A stretch of 64,000 bases of DNA from Schizochytrium sp. TIO01 (lineage: Eukaryota; Protista; Bigyra: Labyrinthulomycetes), in NCBI GenBank assembly GCA_004764695.1, contig SMSO01000014.1, positions 5,590,845 to 5,654,844 of the forward strand, written 5' to 3'. The translations under genes and the position numbers were made by a program. The notes under the pieces were generated by a model that saw only the letters and a program-made list of their open reading frames with translations, ran no database searches and was not told where the DNA came from. Shown piece by piece: positions 42,987 to 55,394 of this stretch (position 1 is its first letter; each line of letters begins with the position of its first letter).

Positions 42987-44677
42987 TTATTTGTGTTCCT
43001 GGCTCTTGGAGGAGGAAGATGCAGAAGTGGATGCTGACTCCGTAGAGGATGCGTTGGGGAGCATTGGGAAGATGATGACATCGCGAATAGAAGAGCGGCC
43101 AGTCATCATCATCACAAGTCGATCAATACCAAGGCCCCAGCCAGCAGTAGGCGGGAGACCGTACTCTAAAGCCTTGCAGTAAGCTGCATCAACGGGCATG
43201 ACCTCTTCGCCGTCTTCTTCCTCAGGACGAACTTGCTCGCGACCAATGCTCTGCAGTTGGAAGCGACGCATCTGTTCTGTCGGGTCATTCAACTCTGAAT
43301 AAGCGTTGACAACTTCTTTGCCACGCACGAAAAGTTCAAATCTCTGTGAAACTCCCGGCCGGTCTTCATGGGCTTTTGCAAGAGGACTCATGGCGATTGG
43401 GTGATCGCACAGAAACGTTGGGCGGATGCACTTGGGCTCCAAGTGGCGTCCAATCATTACATCAATGAGCTTGCAGTTAGTAGCCACCGAGTGCTCTGCG
43501 GTGCTCGGTACATCCTCAAGGCCATCCTTGTCACTCCTGAGCAGCTTCAGCAAGGCTTCGCCAACCTCTTTAACTTTGGTTTCATCGTTGACATCAGGAA
43601 ATGAACCTCTGGGAATGCCGTAGTGGTCCTCAAGGCCATCGATCACACGAATTTTTTTGAAAGGTCCCTTAAGGTCCTCCGACGCAAGACCTGCACCATC
43701 GCTACCAACACCTGCGCCAGTCTTTGCAGCTTCACGAGCCATATCTCCAACAGCTTCATCAAGCTGCGAGAAGAGGTCCTCCGTGAATTTCATGAGATCT
43801 TCATAATCTGCAAATGCCTGGTACAACTCTAATGTGGTGAACTCGGGATTATGCACTGCACTAAGACCTTCGTTCCGAAAGACCTTTCCGAGCTCAAATA
43901 CCCGGTCCACACCGCCCACAACAAGCTGCTTCAGATACAACTCTGGTGCGATACGCAAACTGACCTCGCTGCCCCCGAGCGCTGCCGCTCGAGTCCTAAA
44001 GGGTCTTGCGAGTGCACCTCCCGCCGAAGGTACTAGGGAAGGAGTCTCAACCTCCAAGAACCCACGCTGGTAAAGGTACTCTCTCAGGAACCTGACGACA
44101 GCTGCTCTTACACGAAAGGGAGCTACTACAGCTGCTCCGTTTGCCAGCATGTCCACATGCCGCTGCCGGTAACGCACACCTTTATCCCGGAGCGCAAACT
44201 TTCCATCACCGCGGCCACTAGGAATATCTTGAACGCATGGAGCAAGGACACGAACTTCGCGAGGAATGATACTGAGCTCTCCTTTTTTGCTTGACCCAGG
44301 AAAACCACGCACTGCAACGGCGTCACCTTTGCGGAGGCCGCGATGCGTCTTAGCAAATACTTCCAAAGGTGTCGATATTGTAGTAGAAGAATCTCCAGGG
44401 TTGGACTCGAGGTTAGTCTCGGGCTGGTAGAAACGGGCTTCGGAAAGGATCTGGACTCGAGCGCCCTGGTCCTGGAGATGCGTGAAGAAAAGCTTCTTCG
44501 AAGCCTCGCGAGGCGCCGATGCGAGGCGGCCGCACAAAACAATCTCGCCATTATCTTCAAGACGAGCACCAGAAGAGATGTCAGAGAAAGCAGCACGGTA
44601 CGCACGGAGATCCATCGTAGGCTTCCACGCTGAGGTCAGGCTCGGGTACCGGGAAGGCCGAGCAGTCGAGCTGGGGA

Positions 44678-44708
<31 letters not shown>

Positions 44709-44810
44709 AAATGATCTCACGAGCAAGGGGATCGGGCGGGTGTGCCCTGCTGCAGTGAGTACAGGCGCCCATGTCCTCCTTACGAGCGGCACAGCTACTG
44801 CAGACATCAT
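42987..44810 (-). CDS. KARS: Class II lysyl-tRNA synthetase, probably mitochondrial
   Basis: OB fold (KKLFFTHL...GELSI), GFLEVETP, LRIAPELYLKQLVVGG, FRNEG, HNPEFT, ALEYGLPPTAGWGLGIDRL. Arg/Ser-rich acid-free presequence with polySer. First ATG at 44810. Confidence 0.95.
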
Positions 44811-44984
44811 GCCCACAATGTTCTGCTATAGCCTTCCAGTTCTATATTCCTATACGAGTTGCGAACTCCCGCGAGTGTCCGGAGCCTCTGGCACAGCTTC
44901 ACGCAGGCCTTTCGCTCCCCACAAGCGCCAGCTCCCCGCGCGAGTTCAGGTTCTTGCCCTCCGTTCAATCAATTGATTAGTCAA

Positions 44985-45037
44985 TCAATCATTCAATCAT
45001 TCATTCATTCACTCATTCACTCATTCACTTATTCACT
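44985..45037. repeat. Imperfect (CATT/CACT)n microsatellite
   Basis: Direct reading; between KARS and PCID2. Confidence 0.8.
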
Positions 45038-45901
45038 CAGGCCTGCATCACATTACATTTTCTTTCTTGCCTTTTTAATATTTACTAAAGCTTAAAGCCA
45101 CTGTATTTTTTCAATGTCTATTCATTTCAGGTATTGAATTTCTACTGTATAGTTCTGTTTATTCCTGTTGTCCACTAATAACCTCACTTCGCGGAATCTC
45201 ACTCTCATTGATTGATTGGTATAAGCGCAAGGCAGCAGTAATAGTAATCAGCGCACAGTAGAAACAATTCCCCTAAGGGCGAGATGTAATCAAAGGTGCA
45301 TCGGGGCAGTCATGCGAGCACGCTGTGTTTATGTGATGTCGTGCGCTACACTTAGTATAATCAGATTCTGTGTTGTATCAATTTAGACTGTGTTTTGCGT
45401 GCGAAGTCTATGTTTCCCAGATCCTCCTATCAAAATCGAATTAATTTTAGTCCTGGAAGAGATTGGATTTTTGTTTTTTTAATGTACGCATATAGAAACC
45501 AACGTGGTACCTATGCTACAAGAGCTTTGGTTATCATTGTAAATGACGGGTCAAAATGAGATCTGGACCTTTTATAACGAAGGCCAGGGGCAGAGAATAG
45601 ATTCGCTTAATCCAAGTATGAGATCATCACTTTGAGATAGAGATACCCTTCAAAGATCTCGGCTTCCTGTTATCCGAAGCACTTTAATCTCCCAATCGTT
45701 TTTTCTTATTTATTTTTAGAAGCAAAAATCTTCTCTATCTACAGCCATAGAACACAAAGAAAGAACAAGATAAAACATAGAAATGAATGAATTCATAATC
45801 CGAATTCGCCATCATCAGCTCCTCTTCCGCAGTTCAACTTCGATTTTGCTTTACACGATCCAAATAGCCAGCTAGCGACCTGCCCCGTTCTAGAGGGAGC
45901 C

Positions 45902-47269
45902 ATGAGTGCGTACTGTGAGGCCGTAGCAGCCGCCTCCGTGCGTGAAGATGGTGTTGCTCTGGCCTCGCTTTTGCGTCTCTCTGCTGAGCGCTCGCATCCT
46001 GGCGGGACAGCAGCGCTTGTGGCTCTTGCGTCCAGGCGCCGTCAGCTAGGATCCGCGGGAGCCCTTGCATCTGCTTCTCAGCGAGAAGCTGCCGCAGCCG
46101 GCATCGCTGACTTGGCCCCGGTCTGCGGTTTGCACGTTGCGGCGGTCGCGGCGCTCCAAATAGCCTCAGAGTTGGGTGATAACGACGTCAATAAGTCTTC
46201 GCTTTCCACGTGGCTTTCCGAGGCTTTCGATGCACAGACCCAGGCGTTCAGGAAGTTTCTCGAAGTTTTTAGGGCTGAGGGAAGCTGGTTGGTTCCTGCG
46301 TTAATGTCTTTGGTTCATGACACGCGGGTTTTGGCTGTTTGGGCGGATTCTGTACGTGGCGATGGACGGCAGGAATGCCTTCGAGAGACTAAAACGCTGC
46401 TAGAAACATGCTTTAGACTTACCACCATGGGAAGGGCGACTTCTGCAGAGGCCCAGAAGAAGCGGTCGGTGGGCTTATACATTGTGAATCACCAATTCAA
46501 GGTTTTCTTTGCGCTGAAAAGCCTCCAGCTCTGCCGTAACCTGGTGAGGTCTGTAGAGATGCCCACATTTCCAGAGCTTGACAGCTTTCCTCTTGACCAG
46601 AGAGTAATGTATCAGTTTTATCGTGGGCGCTTGTTAATTCTGGACGATCGTGTAGCAGAGGCTCGCCGTGCTCTTCAATTTGCACTTGACAATTGTCCCA
46701 CGGCTCTTCGTCATAACCGTAAGCTCATTCTTGAGTTCCTTGTGCCCATTAGCCTCTTCTGCGGACGTGCACCAACGCAGAATCTTCTTCGTGAGTACGG
46801 AATTGACTACCTTGCAGATCTCATGACGCATGTGCAAAACGGTAATGTGCGTGCTCTTACAAAACTCATTGACGACCAACAGGACCACTTTATTGCGCGT
46901 GGACTGTTTCTTACCCTCGACCAACTCAAGGTACTTGCCTATCGTAACCTTTTTCGCAACGTTATTCTTATATACCAGGACTCTGCAGCGGACCGCGCTA
47001 AAACTCGCGTCCCACTTGACATCCTCATGCGTCCCTTTGAACTTTACAGCGAGCCTGATCCGCTTGCGCAGTTTGCAGATGCTGACGGTGACGATTCTAC
47101 TGCAGTCTCCCAGGAGGAACTCATGGAGCACATTAAATGTGTACTCTCAAATCTCATCTTTCAAAGATATGTCAAGGGCTATATCTCTCATGAAAAAGCA
47201 ACACTCGTTCTAAGTCCAAAGGAACCCTTCCCCAAACTCAATACTATTCACCCGCTTGAGGAGGCATGA
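45902..47269 (+). CDS. PCID2: PCI domain-containing protein 2 (TREX-2 Thp1/CSN12-like)
   Basis: IVNHQFKVFF..K.LQLC, V.YQFYRGR, HNRKLILEFLVP, GLFLTL, AYRNLF, CVLSNLI...VKGYISH...LVLS...PFP. Confidence 0.92.
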   Translation: MSAYCEAVAAASVREDGVALASLLRLSAERSHPGGTAALVALASRRRQLGSAGALASASQREAAAAGIADLAPVCGLHVAAVAALQIASELGDNDVNKSSLSTWLSEAFDAQTQAFRKFLEVFRAEGSWLVPALMSLVHDTRVLAVWADSVRGDGRQECLRETKTLLETCFRLTTMGRATSAEAQKKRSVGLYIVNHQFKVFFALKSLQLCRNLVRSVEMPTFPELDSFPLDQRVMYQFYRGRLLILDDRVAEARRALQFALDNCPTALRHNRKLILEFLVPISLFCGRAPTQNLLREYGIDYLADLMTHVQNGNVRALTKLIDDQQDHFIARGLFLTLDQLKVLAYRNLFRNVILIYQDSAADRAKTRVPLDILMRPFELYSEPDPLAQFADADGDDSTAVSQEELMEHIKCVLSNLIFQRYVKGYISHEKATLVLSPKEPFPKLNTIHPLEEA

Positions 47270-48740
47270 TTTTTAAAGCAAAGCAATCCGGAACATTCGA
47301 ACTTTGTGTATCGATTCGTCATTTACTGCCTCGTGGTTTTTGCTTTGTTTTGCAGCCATGCATAAACTAGTTTGGCCGTAAAGAACTACTATCATTATAG
47401 ATGTGGATGTTTATCTCTGTGCGTATAAAGGATGGCCAGATCACAGACGTGTAAGTCCATCAAATATATATAAATTCTATTTCTGCATTTCTTCAGTATA
47501 GATCATCACACCGTGGTATGATGTTCTTCTCCTGCTTCCTGATTTTCCAATCTTTCTGGAATTAACTTATCCTTTTGTATCCCAAATAGTACAAGGTCCA
47601 CAATTCGGCTAGATGTAGGGGGCAACAACTAGTTTAAAGACCTCCTAAACTGAAGCATCTTGACATCTATACGAACAAACAAAAAATATGCACCAATTCC
47701 TATGTAGAAATCATCTCTAGACCCTGCTCTGGTAGAGGATTGATATACCTTTTCTCGCTCCGAAGTCAATCAAAGAATATCAAACTAAAACCCTGCTCAT
47801 ATTTCTAGACTATTTTAGAATGCCAATTTCTCTCGAGTGAGCGGCCTAAGGCATCATGATTTCCAGGCGTATAAAGATCCAAGGCAGCAGTTCTTCACCT
47901 CTACTGTTCTGTGTCTAGCACAAATTGCCTAGAGGTACCACTAACCTTGGCTCAAAACTATGGTAGTGCCCATGCTATAGAACCCTCACTGACATGTTTA
48001 AACATCAACGATTCATACACCCTATAGAATGTGCAAACAGTTTTCTCGAAGACTCTTATGTACTACCTTTTCTTTCCCCAACTTGAATCATAAGTTCCCA
48101 TAAATCTACAAAGATGAGGTAAAGCTGACTGAACTTTTTCGTATGGAACCTAAGCGTTGTTTCTGAATGCACGCATGACAAAAGTGTTTGCGATAGCAAA
48201 TGGCGGCTGTGCAACTTTATAATTAAGTTAAAATCTCTATGGATAAATTTTGAGGTCCAAAATCAGCATTTCAATTTAACCTGATACATCAGTGCGCAAG
48301 ACTACGACTCAGAGTATCCAAATGGCAATGCATGAAAGCTTGCAAATACGAAATACGGTTAATAAATAGTTTCATGTTCATACGACACCCTCTGTTTTTC
48401 CTCTGGCTCTCTTACTACACTTTAATTTCCCACCTGCTCGTACAAATATCTCCATCGATGGCTTTTCATACTCAGTGACTGGACTCGCTCATATTAGTTT
48501 TAAAATTAGATGTACGTTCTGGTCAATTGTAACTTTCGCTTTTAGTACTTCATTAAAAATAAAAATAAAAAATCAAACCAAACCAGGTGAAACCTGACCA
48601 TGGGTGAAGTAGCAAAGAACAGTATTTCTCTAAAACCATCATTTAATCGTTGCATTGGTTTAGTTCACTTTGAGGCGTCTTAAAGAGACAAGGTTCAGCT
48701 AACTATACCGACGGAGCAGGACCAATATGGGGGCTCCTGT

Positions 48741-48960
48741 TTGCTGTACAGCAAGGCTGTTGCTGCTGCTGTATTCCCCACGACTCATGACGCTGGATTC
48801 ATGCATAGAGACGTAGCTCTTCATACCATTGTCGTGGATAAAGACATCAAAGTCCGCTTCATTGATCTGGAGGTGGCAAAATCAACGTCCAAACAAAACA
48901 AATACGAAGATAATGTTTGCAAGGTTAACGATGCGACTGTCAAGATATTTGCTGAAGATA
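48741..48960 (+). pseudogene. Isolated protein kinase fragment (subdomains VIb-VII)
   Basis: HDAGFMHRDVALHTIVVDKDIKVRFIDLEVAK; no N-lobe, ORF starts at TTG and runs into a T-rich tract. Confidence 0.6.
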
Positions 48961-49399
48961 ACAACTTTGCTTCAACTATGCCTCCCCGTTTATTTTCTTT
49001 TTCTTTCTTTTTCCTTTTGCGTTTCTCTTCCTCCGCTCGAGTTCCTACTGATCCTCTCTGTCACCTTTACATTAATTTTCTTCTTTAAAAAAAATTAAAT
49101 ATTTTTATTAAAAAAAAAAATCCTATACTTAACTAGCAACAAATTAATTAAACACAACGCGTGTTGCGATAAACCTTCTCATTGAGGGTTTGCTATATTA
49201 TATATCATCACTTAAGTCTCAGTACAACAGGTAAGTTAAATAAACAAAGTAATAACATATCATTGGAATTATTCGGTCACGAGTATGTTTCAATTCACAA
49301 ATTTGAGTTGGCCTAAAGGAGCATAGAAAAATGCTGACGGTCATTAAGTCAAATTCCATATGGAATGAAACGTACGGGGCAGAAAATAGTGAAGGCTAC

Positions 49400-52010
49400 C
49401 TAAAGAAGTTCGGTTGAAGGAACTGATATCCTTGAATGAATTGAGTCTTCGAGTTCCACCATGAAAGAGCCTTCTGGTGAGCGGGCGTTTTCCAAAATAC
49501 GCCCGTGGCCTGTAAAGCACATTTTTTCAGGGGCCCAAACAGAAACGTCTTGGCCACGTTCAAAGGGGGCACGCCTTGCCAGATATGCCTGACCTCGGGC
49601 GTCAATTGTACGAGTTCCAAGGATCTCAGAAAGTGCATCCTTGAGATCTTGAAAGGATGGTCTGTTCGAGGCCTGAGAATCCCATGCTGCAGCTAGAAAT
49701 GAGTGTAAGCTGTCTGGAGCAAGAGGATCTAGATCTGGACGAAACCCACCTTGAACCTTCTCCATAATCACAGGAGTAGTCCACCGAGACGGAAACGGTT
49801 CTGCCCGCTCAAGCATCTGCCAGAAGGTCATACCGAAGGCGTAAATATCGACAGAACTATCAAGATGGTGATTGCTGTCAAAACGCTCTGGTGGCATGAA
49901 TGCTAAGCTTCCCGGTGCTTGCGCCTGCTGACTGCGTCTGTCACAGAGCTCCTCAAAGTTGCAAGAGGAGCCAAAATCAGAAATTTTAACGTTCCATGCA
50001 TGATCAAGCAGAATATTGCTTGGTTTCAGGTCCATGTGGGCAATGTGCTTACTATGCATGAAAGCTCCACCCACACATATTTGTTCAGCCCATTGCAAAA
50101 TAGTAACAATGGTGAGTCCACTCTGCAACGCACCCTTTCGCTCCACTAAGTCAGCCAGGCTATGTTCAGCCCGCTCAAGGATAAGTTGGTGTCTCCCCCC
50201 AGCAACAACAATGCCGTAGAGGCGTGTGATATTTGGATGTTGCAACGCGCGCAAACTCTCAGCCTCTGCAAGAAAAGCTTTGCGGCTTTCAACTATACGT
50301 TGGGACGTGGAAAAGTCTTTGACAGCTACTGACGAGCCTTGAAACGTGCCTGCGTAGACCCTTCCATGTGTTCCCCGGCCAAGAGTATTACCAAGACGCA
50401 AGGAATTTACATCAGCAACTACATAAGATTCGTCCATGAGAATTTGCTGAGCAGCGTTGTCAGGATCGGTCTCTTCATCCTCGGCCCGATCACGATCTCC
50501 CCCCTTTGAGTCAGAAACTCGAAGCATTGTCATCGAAACACCGAGAAGGTTGAGGGTTCCACGACGTGATACACGCTTGCCCTTTGGCATAGCTTCGCTA
50601 AACTCGGAAGCGTCGTCAGTTTGGTTCTTCTTCTTTTTTCGGCGAGTAATAAGAACATAGACAGATACTGCGAGAAGTGCAAGTACTGGCAAAACAACGC
50701 CAAGGCTCACACCTATAACTGGGACACTTGTAGGCGATCGAGTGGGTTGAGCAGTAGGTGAGGTTGGCACAATGCTCAGGGTGGTTGGTGAGCTGGTAAT
50801 TGCGGTGTCGTGAAACGAGACGCAAGATACCTGTAGCCTGAGGGTATCATTCACTACCAAGTCTACGCATGAAGATGAATTATCGTCGCTCAGTTCTGTG
50901 ATATTCACTGAAGATATTATATTTGAGCAATCTGCATCGCTATAAAGTGCGTGCGACGATGGATAATATTCATCGTCTGATGTGCTTGACGAAGAGTTTC
51001 TTGAACATTGTACCAACAAGTAGACATCATCTCCGTTGTTGTTCTCAATAACCTGACAGGACCCAGATACATTGTAGGCCGGTGTGTAAGCTACTTGGGT
51101 TGGGCTGGAGGATTCTTCGCAAACAGCAAGGAGTCCACGTTGCTCATCTGGGTAGTTTCGTAGCCGCCGCCCGCTAGTATCACCATCATACGAGGATACA
51201 ATAATCTTTGCAGCAGGTGGAAGAAGAACTGCACTTTCGGCGGATGAAAATAAGACGCGGAGCTGGGCGTCTGCGACCACAACACTGTCTGAAATGAGAT
51301 CAGACCAGCACAATGTGCTCGAGCGACTTTCAACGTAGGTATTCTCTACACCATAAACTGCATCAGACGAAGTAGATGGATGATAAAGTGGCCCCAATCG
51401 GCCATTGTTTGTTGATAATGATAATAAGGCATCAGAAGTGCAAAATGGATCAGAAAAGGTCTCCAAAGACACATACCAAGCAGAATTCCACGTTTGCCAA
51501 GATGATATGTTAAAGCGTCGGGCGAGTCCATATCGTGAACTCCATTGGCAGAAGCCAGTTGTGAAAAATTCCGTGGAGGAACCAGTTGCAAAATACTCGT
51601 CTGAATGTGAAAGCGTTGAAGGACACGTGTAATCATCAGATGATACTGAATACCGATCAAAAGCAATCCCTCCCACATGAGCCCTGTTCTCTGCAACGAT
51701 TGTAGACCCTGCCAAAGAGATTGCAATATATCCATAATCTACGAGGGAGCTGATTTCCACAAAAACATCCTCCCACGGATCTTCACTTGTGATGTTTGTT
51801 TTAGATCGAGTTTTGTCCGCGCTTACATTTCCGCAGCTAAAGAATATCAGCAATATGCTCTGCAGAACTAAGACTAGTTTCCCCCCATTGTGCGCCTTTT
51901 CCGCCCCGAGGCTTTCTCCTTCTTGGCTCAAACCTTTGCAGTTTGTTTCTCTTTGTGTCCCGACTTTCGATTCCCGTACCTTCAATACCAAGACTTCGCT
52001 CCATCTCCAT
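49400..52010 (-). CDS. Receptor-like TKL kinase (signal peptide, Cys-rich ectodomain, TM, non-RD kinase); predicted intron 51868-51979
   Basis: TM VIGVSLGVVLPVLALLAVSVYVLI followed by RRKKKK; LGRGTHGRV, VAVK, HPNI, HMDLKPSN, DFG, PPE, DIYAFG. The long ORF has no ATG near its 5' end. Splicing GTACGG (51979) to TTAG (51868) gives in-frame MEMERSLGIEVLQSILLIFFSCGNVSA. Confidence 0.85.
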
Positions 52011-54029
52011 TGAAGTTATTGAACTGTCCTTGCTTCTTAATAAAGCTCTCCTCTGAGCAGAGGTTGCACGTGCACGAAGAATGAGACTTGAACCATTGGA
52101 GCCACAAGTCCTCAAGTCTACCCTCTTCCATCGCATCTTTCCCCAAAGATGGCCTCTTAACAAAGCTCTGTATACCCTACAGAGACTCGTTTCAAGATAA
52201 TCCCTGCGATTTTGCAAGCGTAGTTTCTTGCACTTCAGCACGTGCGTTTCCTCGCGTCTTGACGTCGAGAAACCCTGAGGAAATGGCTTGTTGCGAAATG
52301 GACAAATAGGAAGGGTTCTCTGGCTCAAGCAAAAGTTAAGAGCTAAATATGAGGGGTGGAATAGTGGGGCGAGTGTTGTCCTGGCACTTATGCGAGGCCT
52401 TTGCGACGTGCGCAGAGGCCTCTCTGACACAGGAGGTAAGTTGGTTAATGAGCAAGGCGTCGAGCGGGGCTGTGAAGAGGTGAAGTGAGCGACTTTTTTT
52501 ATTGCCAATTCAGCAGGTAAAATTGTTTTCATGATTTAATTTGTGCGCACTCCTCTGATCTACACTGCGACTAAAAATACTCAGAGATGTACAGAGGGAG
52601 CATGCGCGATTGACCGCTGCGGCCATCCCGAAAAGAGGTTTTCTATGCCCTAGAAATGGGAACGTGCTGCATATTATAATATTAAGGTGCGTCGAGCGTA
52701 AGGGGGTTTTGAGGGAGTTATATAAAGTTGGAAAATGGAGATCCGCTCTATTTTAGAGCGTGTCTTTCGATCGTCCAGCTCGATGAGGACTCCGAAAGCA
52801 CCACCAATTCTGTTGGAGCTGCTACTATTGTGGTCTCTCGCGCCGCTCGCAAGAGGTTTCATTTGGAGGCATTTGCAGGGTACATTCGCACGCAATATCA
52901 TGCTACTGAGCGATTTTGGAGTATTAGACTTACATCGCACAAGGCCTTCTTGGTTGTGCTCCCGATTCATCAAACTTGCGAGACCTTGCCTTTTGGACGA
53001 CACGACAGAGTCCGTCGTCTTCATTGCTTGGAATTTGGCACCTAAGAAACCTTATTAGGTAGGGGAAATGGGTACCAGTCGCCCCACTACTTTCAAGTAA
53101 CAATTAGGTTGTATCACCTTGGTACAGCATTTTCCCACTACCTTGTTATTCGTTCATTTGCCGATTTGATCTGCAGATATGATCTCTTTGCTAGCTGCTG
53201 TAGCTCTGTAAAAGAAGAGCGCTCCTGGAGCGTGCCCCGTGGAGTGACTGCAGCTTCAAGTTGTGTCGGGCGGCTCTAAAGCCACGTTTTTATTTTTTTA
53301 TTTTTTTTATTTTTTTTAAATAACAGCCTACCTTTGTACCTTCCTACCAGTTCCACCTTTGGAAGTAGTGATCAGCAACAGAGAAGGCACATAGTTCATC
53401 AGTTTTCATTATTTGCCTAGCTAGAGGATTGTGATTTTATTTGAAGAGATAATAGTAGAAGACATGATTCGTTTGACATGAAAGAGACAAAATAATGAGA
53501 ACGAGTGTGCCGTGGGATGCTAGAAGCAGGACCATTACTTCACGTAAGAGATATCAAAATTGCCACCCTTGGCTTTTACAGGAAGACTAGGGCATGCGCA
53601 GTGACTCAAAACTGATGTACGATATTCGTTCCTGGATGTATTAACAGTATACAGGATGTAAAAACATATCTAGAGAGAAATGTGTTAAACTTGAGCAAGA
53701 GACATTGGTATTTGCTGAAGAGCAATACGCACAGAAGACTAAACAGGGCTGCAATCAGGTAAACATGGTGAATCTTGTGTTTTCATTTGAGTATCTAAAA
53801 GATGAGGGATATGTATTTGACAGACAACAGTGTCACAAACGCATTGAAACGAGTGAAAAACTAAGTAGAGTGGCTATGGTATGATGCCTTGGACACCCTG
53901 CTGGCGTAAAGAAATGTCTGTACCCAAATCTGTACATTCTATTGCTACTGGTGTCGATTGTTTGGACTGTGCAGGGATTTATCATAGGAGAAATTTTCTT
54001 AACGAAGAGTGCTTCGACAAGGGAATAAA

Positions 54030-55394
54030 TTACAAGTTGTTAAAGGCAGAAAAGTCGCTCGAGTATTTGGAATAAGTGAAAGCCATACCAACCCACATAG
54101 CAATGTAGAACGTAACAGCCATGAGAGATCGGCGAATTGACCCATTGACGGGCACAGAAAGATGGGGCTCGGCGCCAAGGGAATCGAACTGCTGGTAGTC
54201 AATGAACTCTCGCAAGAGGCTCTCCTTGCGCGCCCAACGTTCATCAAGCCAGTTTTCAAGGTTGTCCTTGTACTCTTGCCTGAGCTGACGGAAGGAGAAT
54301 CTACGGGAGTCAATGTGGCAGCGCTTAGAAGCACGCCCCAAAAACATGGTCTGAAAATTTGGCACACCAGTATCAATGTTACGTTTGAAGCCCATTTCCC
54401 AGTCGGGAACCTCGCCGGAATAAGTGTCAAAGGCCATCGTTTGATCATAGACCTCGACGTCACCAGTGGGTGAATACTTGGCGAGAGTCTCACAAATGTG
54501 TGCAAATCCACGTACGCGCGGAAGCAACACCAAGTCAAACTCAGGGCGACTCTGCTGACGAGCAAACATGCGGCACTTGTCCAAAGTCCGAGTGTTAATC
54601 GTCGAGCCCTCGGGGTAAAGAATCACTGTAAGAGGTCCGCCGTCCTTACAAAATCGAGCAAGAGAGTTTTCGATTCGAAGCTTGTCGACAGCCCAATTGC
54701 GCTTCAAAAAGACAAATTCAAAAAGCGCACAGCCCCATCCCACGATGGGAATATTTTTGACTTCCTGCTTCAGAAAAATTTTAACAGTACCACTGAGATC
54801 GGTTGTGCCAAAGTTAACAACTGTCATGGGCATGAGCTGGTAGATCCAGTCAACATCAGTTGCATGGTTGCAAATGAGGAGTTTTGGTGTGGATGAGGCG
54901 GTTGGGAAGTCACCGTGCATCTGAAGGGTGGTTGCCGGGAGCAACCACAAGAGGGCGTTCACCCAAAGGCATTCCAGGTGATCGATCAGTGTGCGCCACT
55001 TGCCTCGATGAAATGGGGCAATGACGGGCCATGCAGAGACACCAACAATGATGATCATGAGACTTATGAGTAAAAGACCCGCAATGCGAGCGTAAAAGGC
55101 GAGAAACTCAAGTCGAGAGGTGGGTTGGCGCTCAGCTTTGCCAGACCTCTCGGTCTTGCCGCCAAGCTTTGCTGCACTTGATGATGGTGTAGAGGGAGCT
55201 CCAATAGCACCATGGGTTGTTGAGCACGTTGTGTTTGATGACGTGGGAAAGCCCTTCGTGAGCATACGCCGTTTATGAGAAATCATTCTAGGACCTGCCG
55301 CAGCTGCTGTTGCACCAGGTACGATGTTTGCTGCCGCAAAGGTTGAGGTTTCGCCCTCCCCTGCAGTGTATGCTTCATTCCAATTGGCCGGCAT
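54030..55394 (-). CDS. Lysophospholipid acyltransferase (AGPAT3-5/LCLAT1-like LPAAT)
   Basis: NHxxxxD (ICNHATDVDW), FVFLKRNW..D, YPEGS, VLLPR, WL.ERW..KE..L; TM segments at both ends. First ATG at 55394. Confidence 0.92.
   Translation of the reverse strand: MPANWNEAYTAGEGETSTFAAANIVPGATAAAAGPRMISHKRRMLTKGFPTSSNTTCSTTHGAIGAPSTPSSSAAKLGGKTERSGKAERQPTSRLEFLAFYARIAGLLLISLMIIIVGVSAWPVIAPFHRGKWRTLIDHLECLWVNALLWLLPATTLQMHGDFPTASSTPKLLICNHATDVDWIYQLMPMTVVNFGTTDLSGTVKIFLKQEVKNIPIVGWGCALFEFVFLKRNWAVDKLRIENSLARFCKDGGPLTVILYPEGSTINTRTLDKCRMFARQQSRPEFDLVLLPRVRGFAHICETLAKYSPTGDVEVYDQTMAFDTYSGEVPDWEMGFKRNIDTGVPNFQTMFLGRASKRCHIDSRRFSFRQLRQEYKDNLENWLDERWARKESLLREFIDYQQFDSLGAEPHLSVPVNGSIRRSLMAVTFYIAMWVGMAFTYSKYSSDFSAFNNL

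Noticed and set aside
51837-52532. 231-aa ORF upstream of the receptor kinase as a separate gene
   Set aside because: No protein-like character; only the ~10 codons from MEMERS are plausibly used, as the kinase's first exon.
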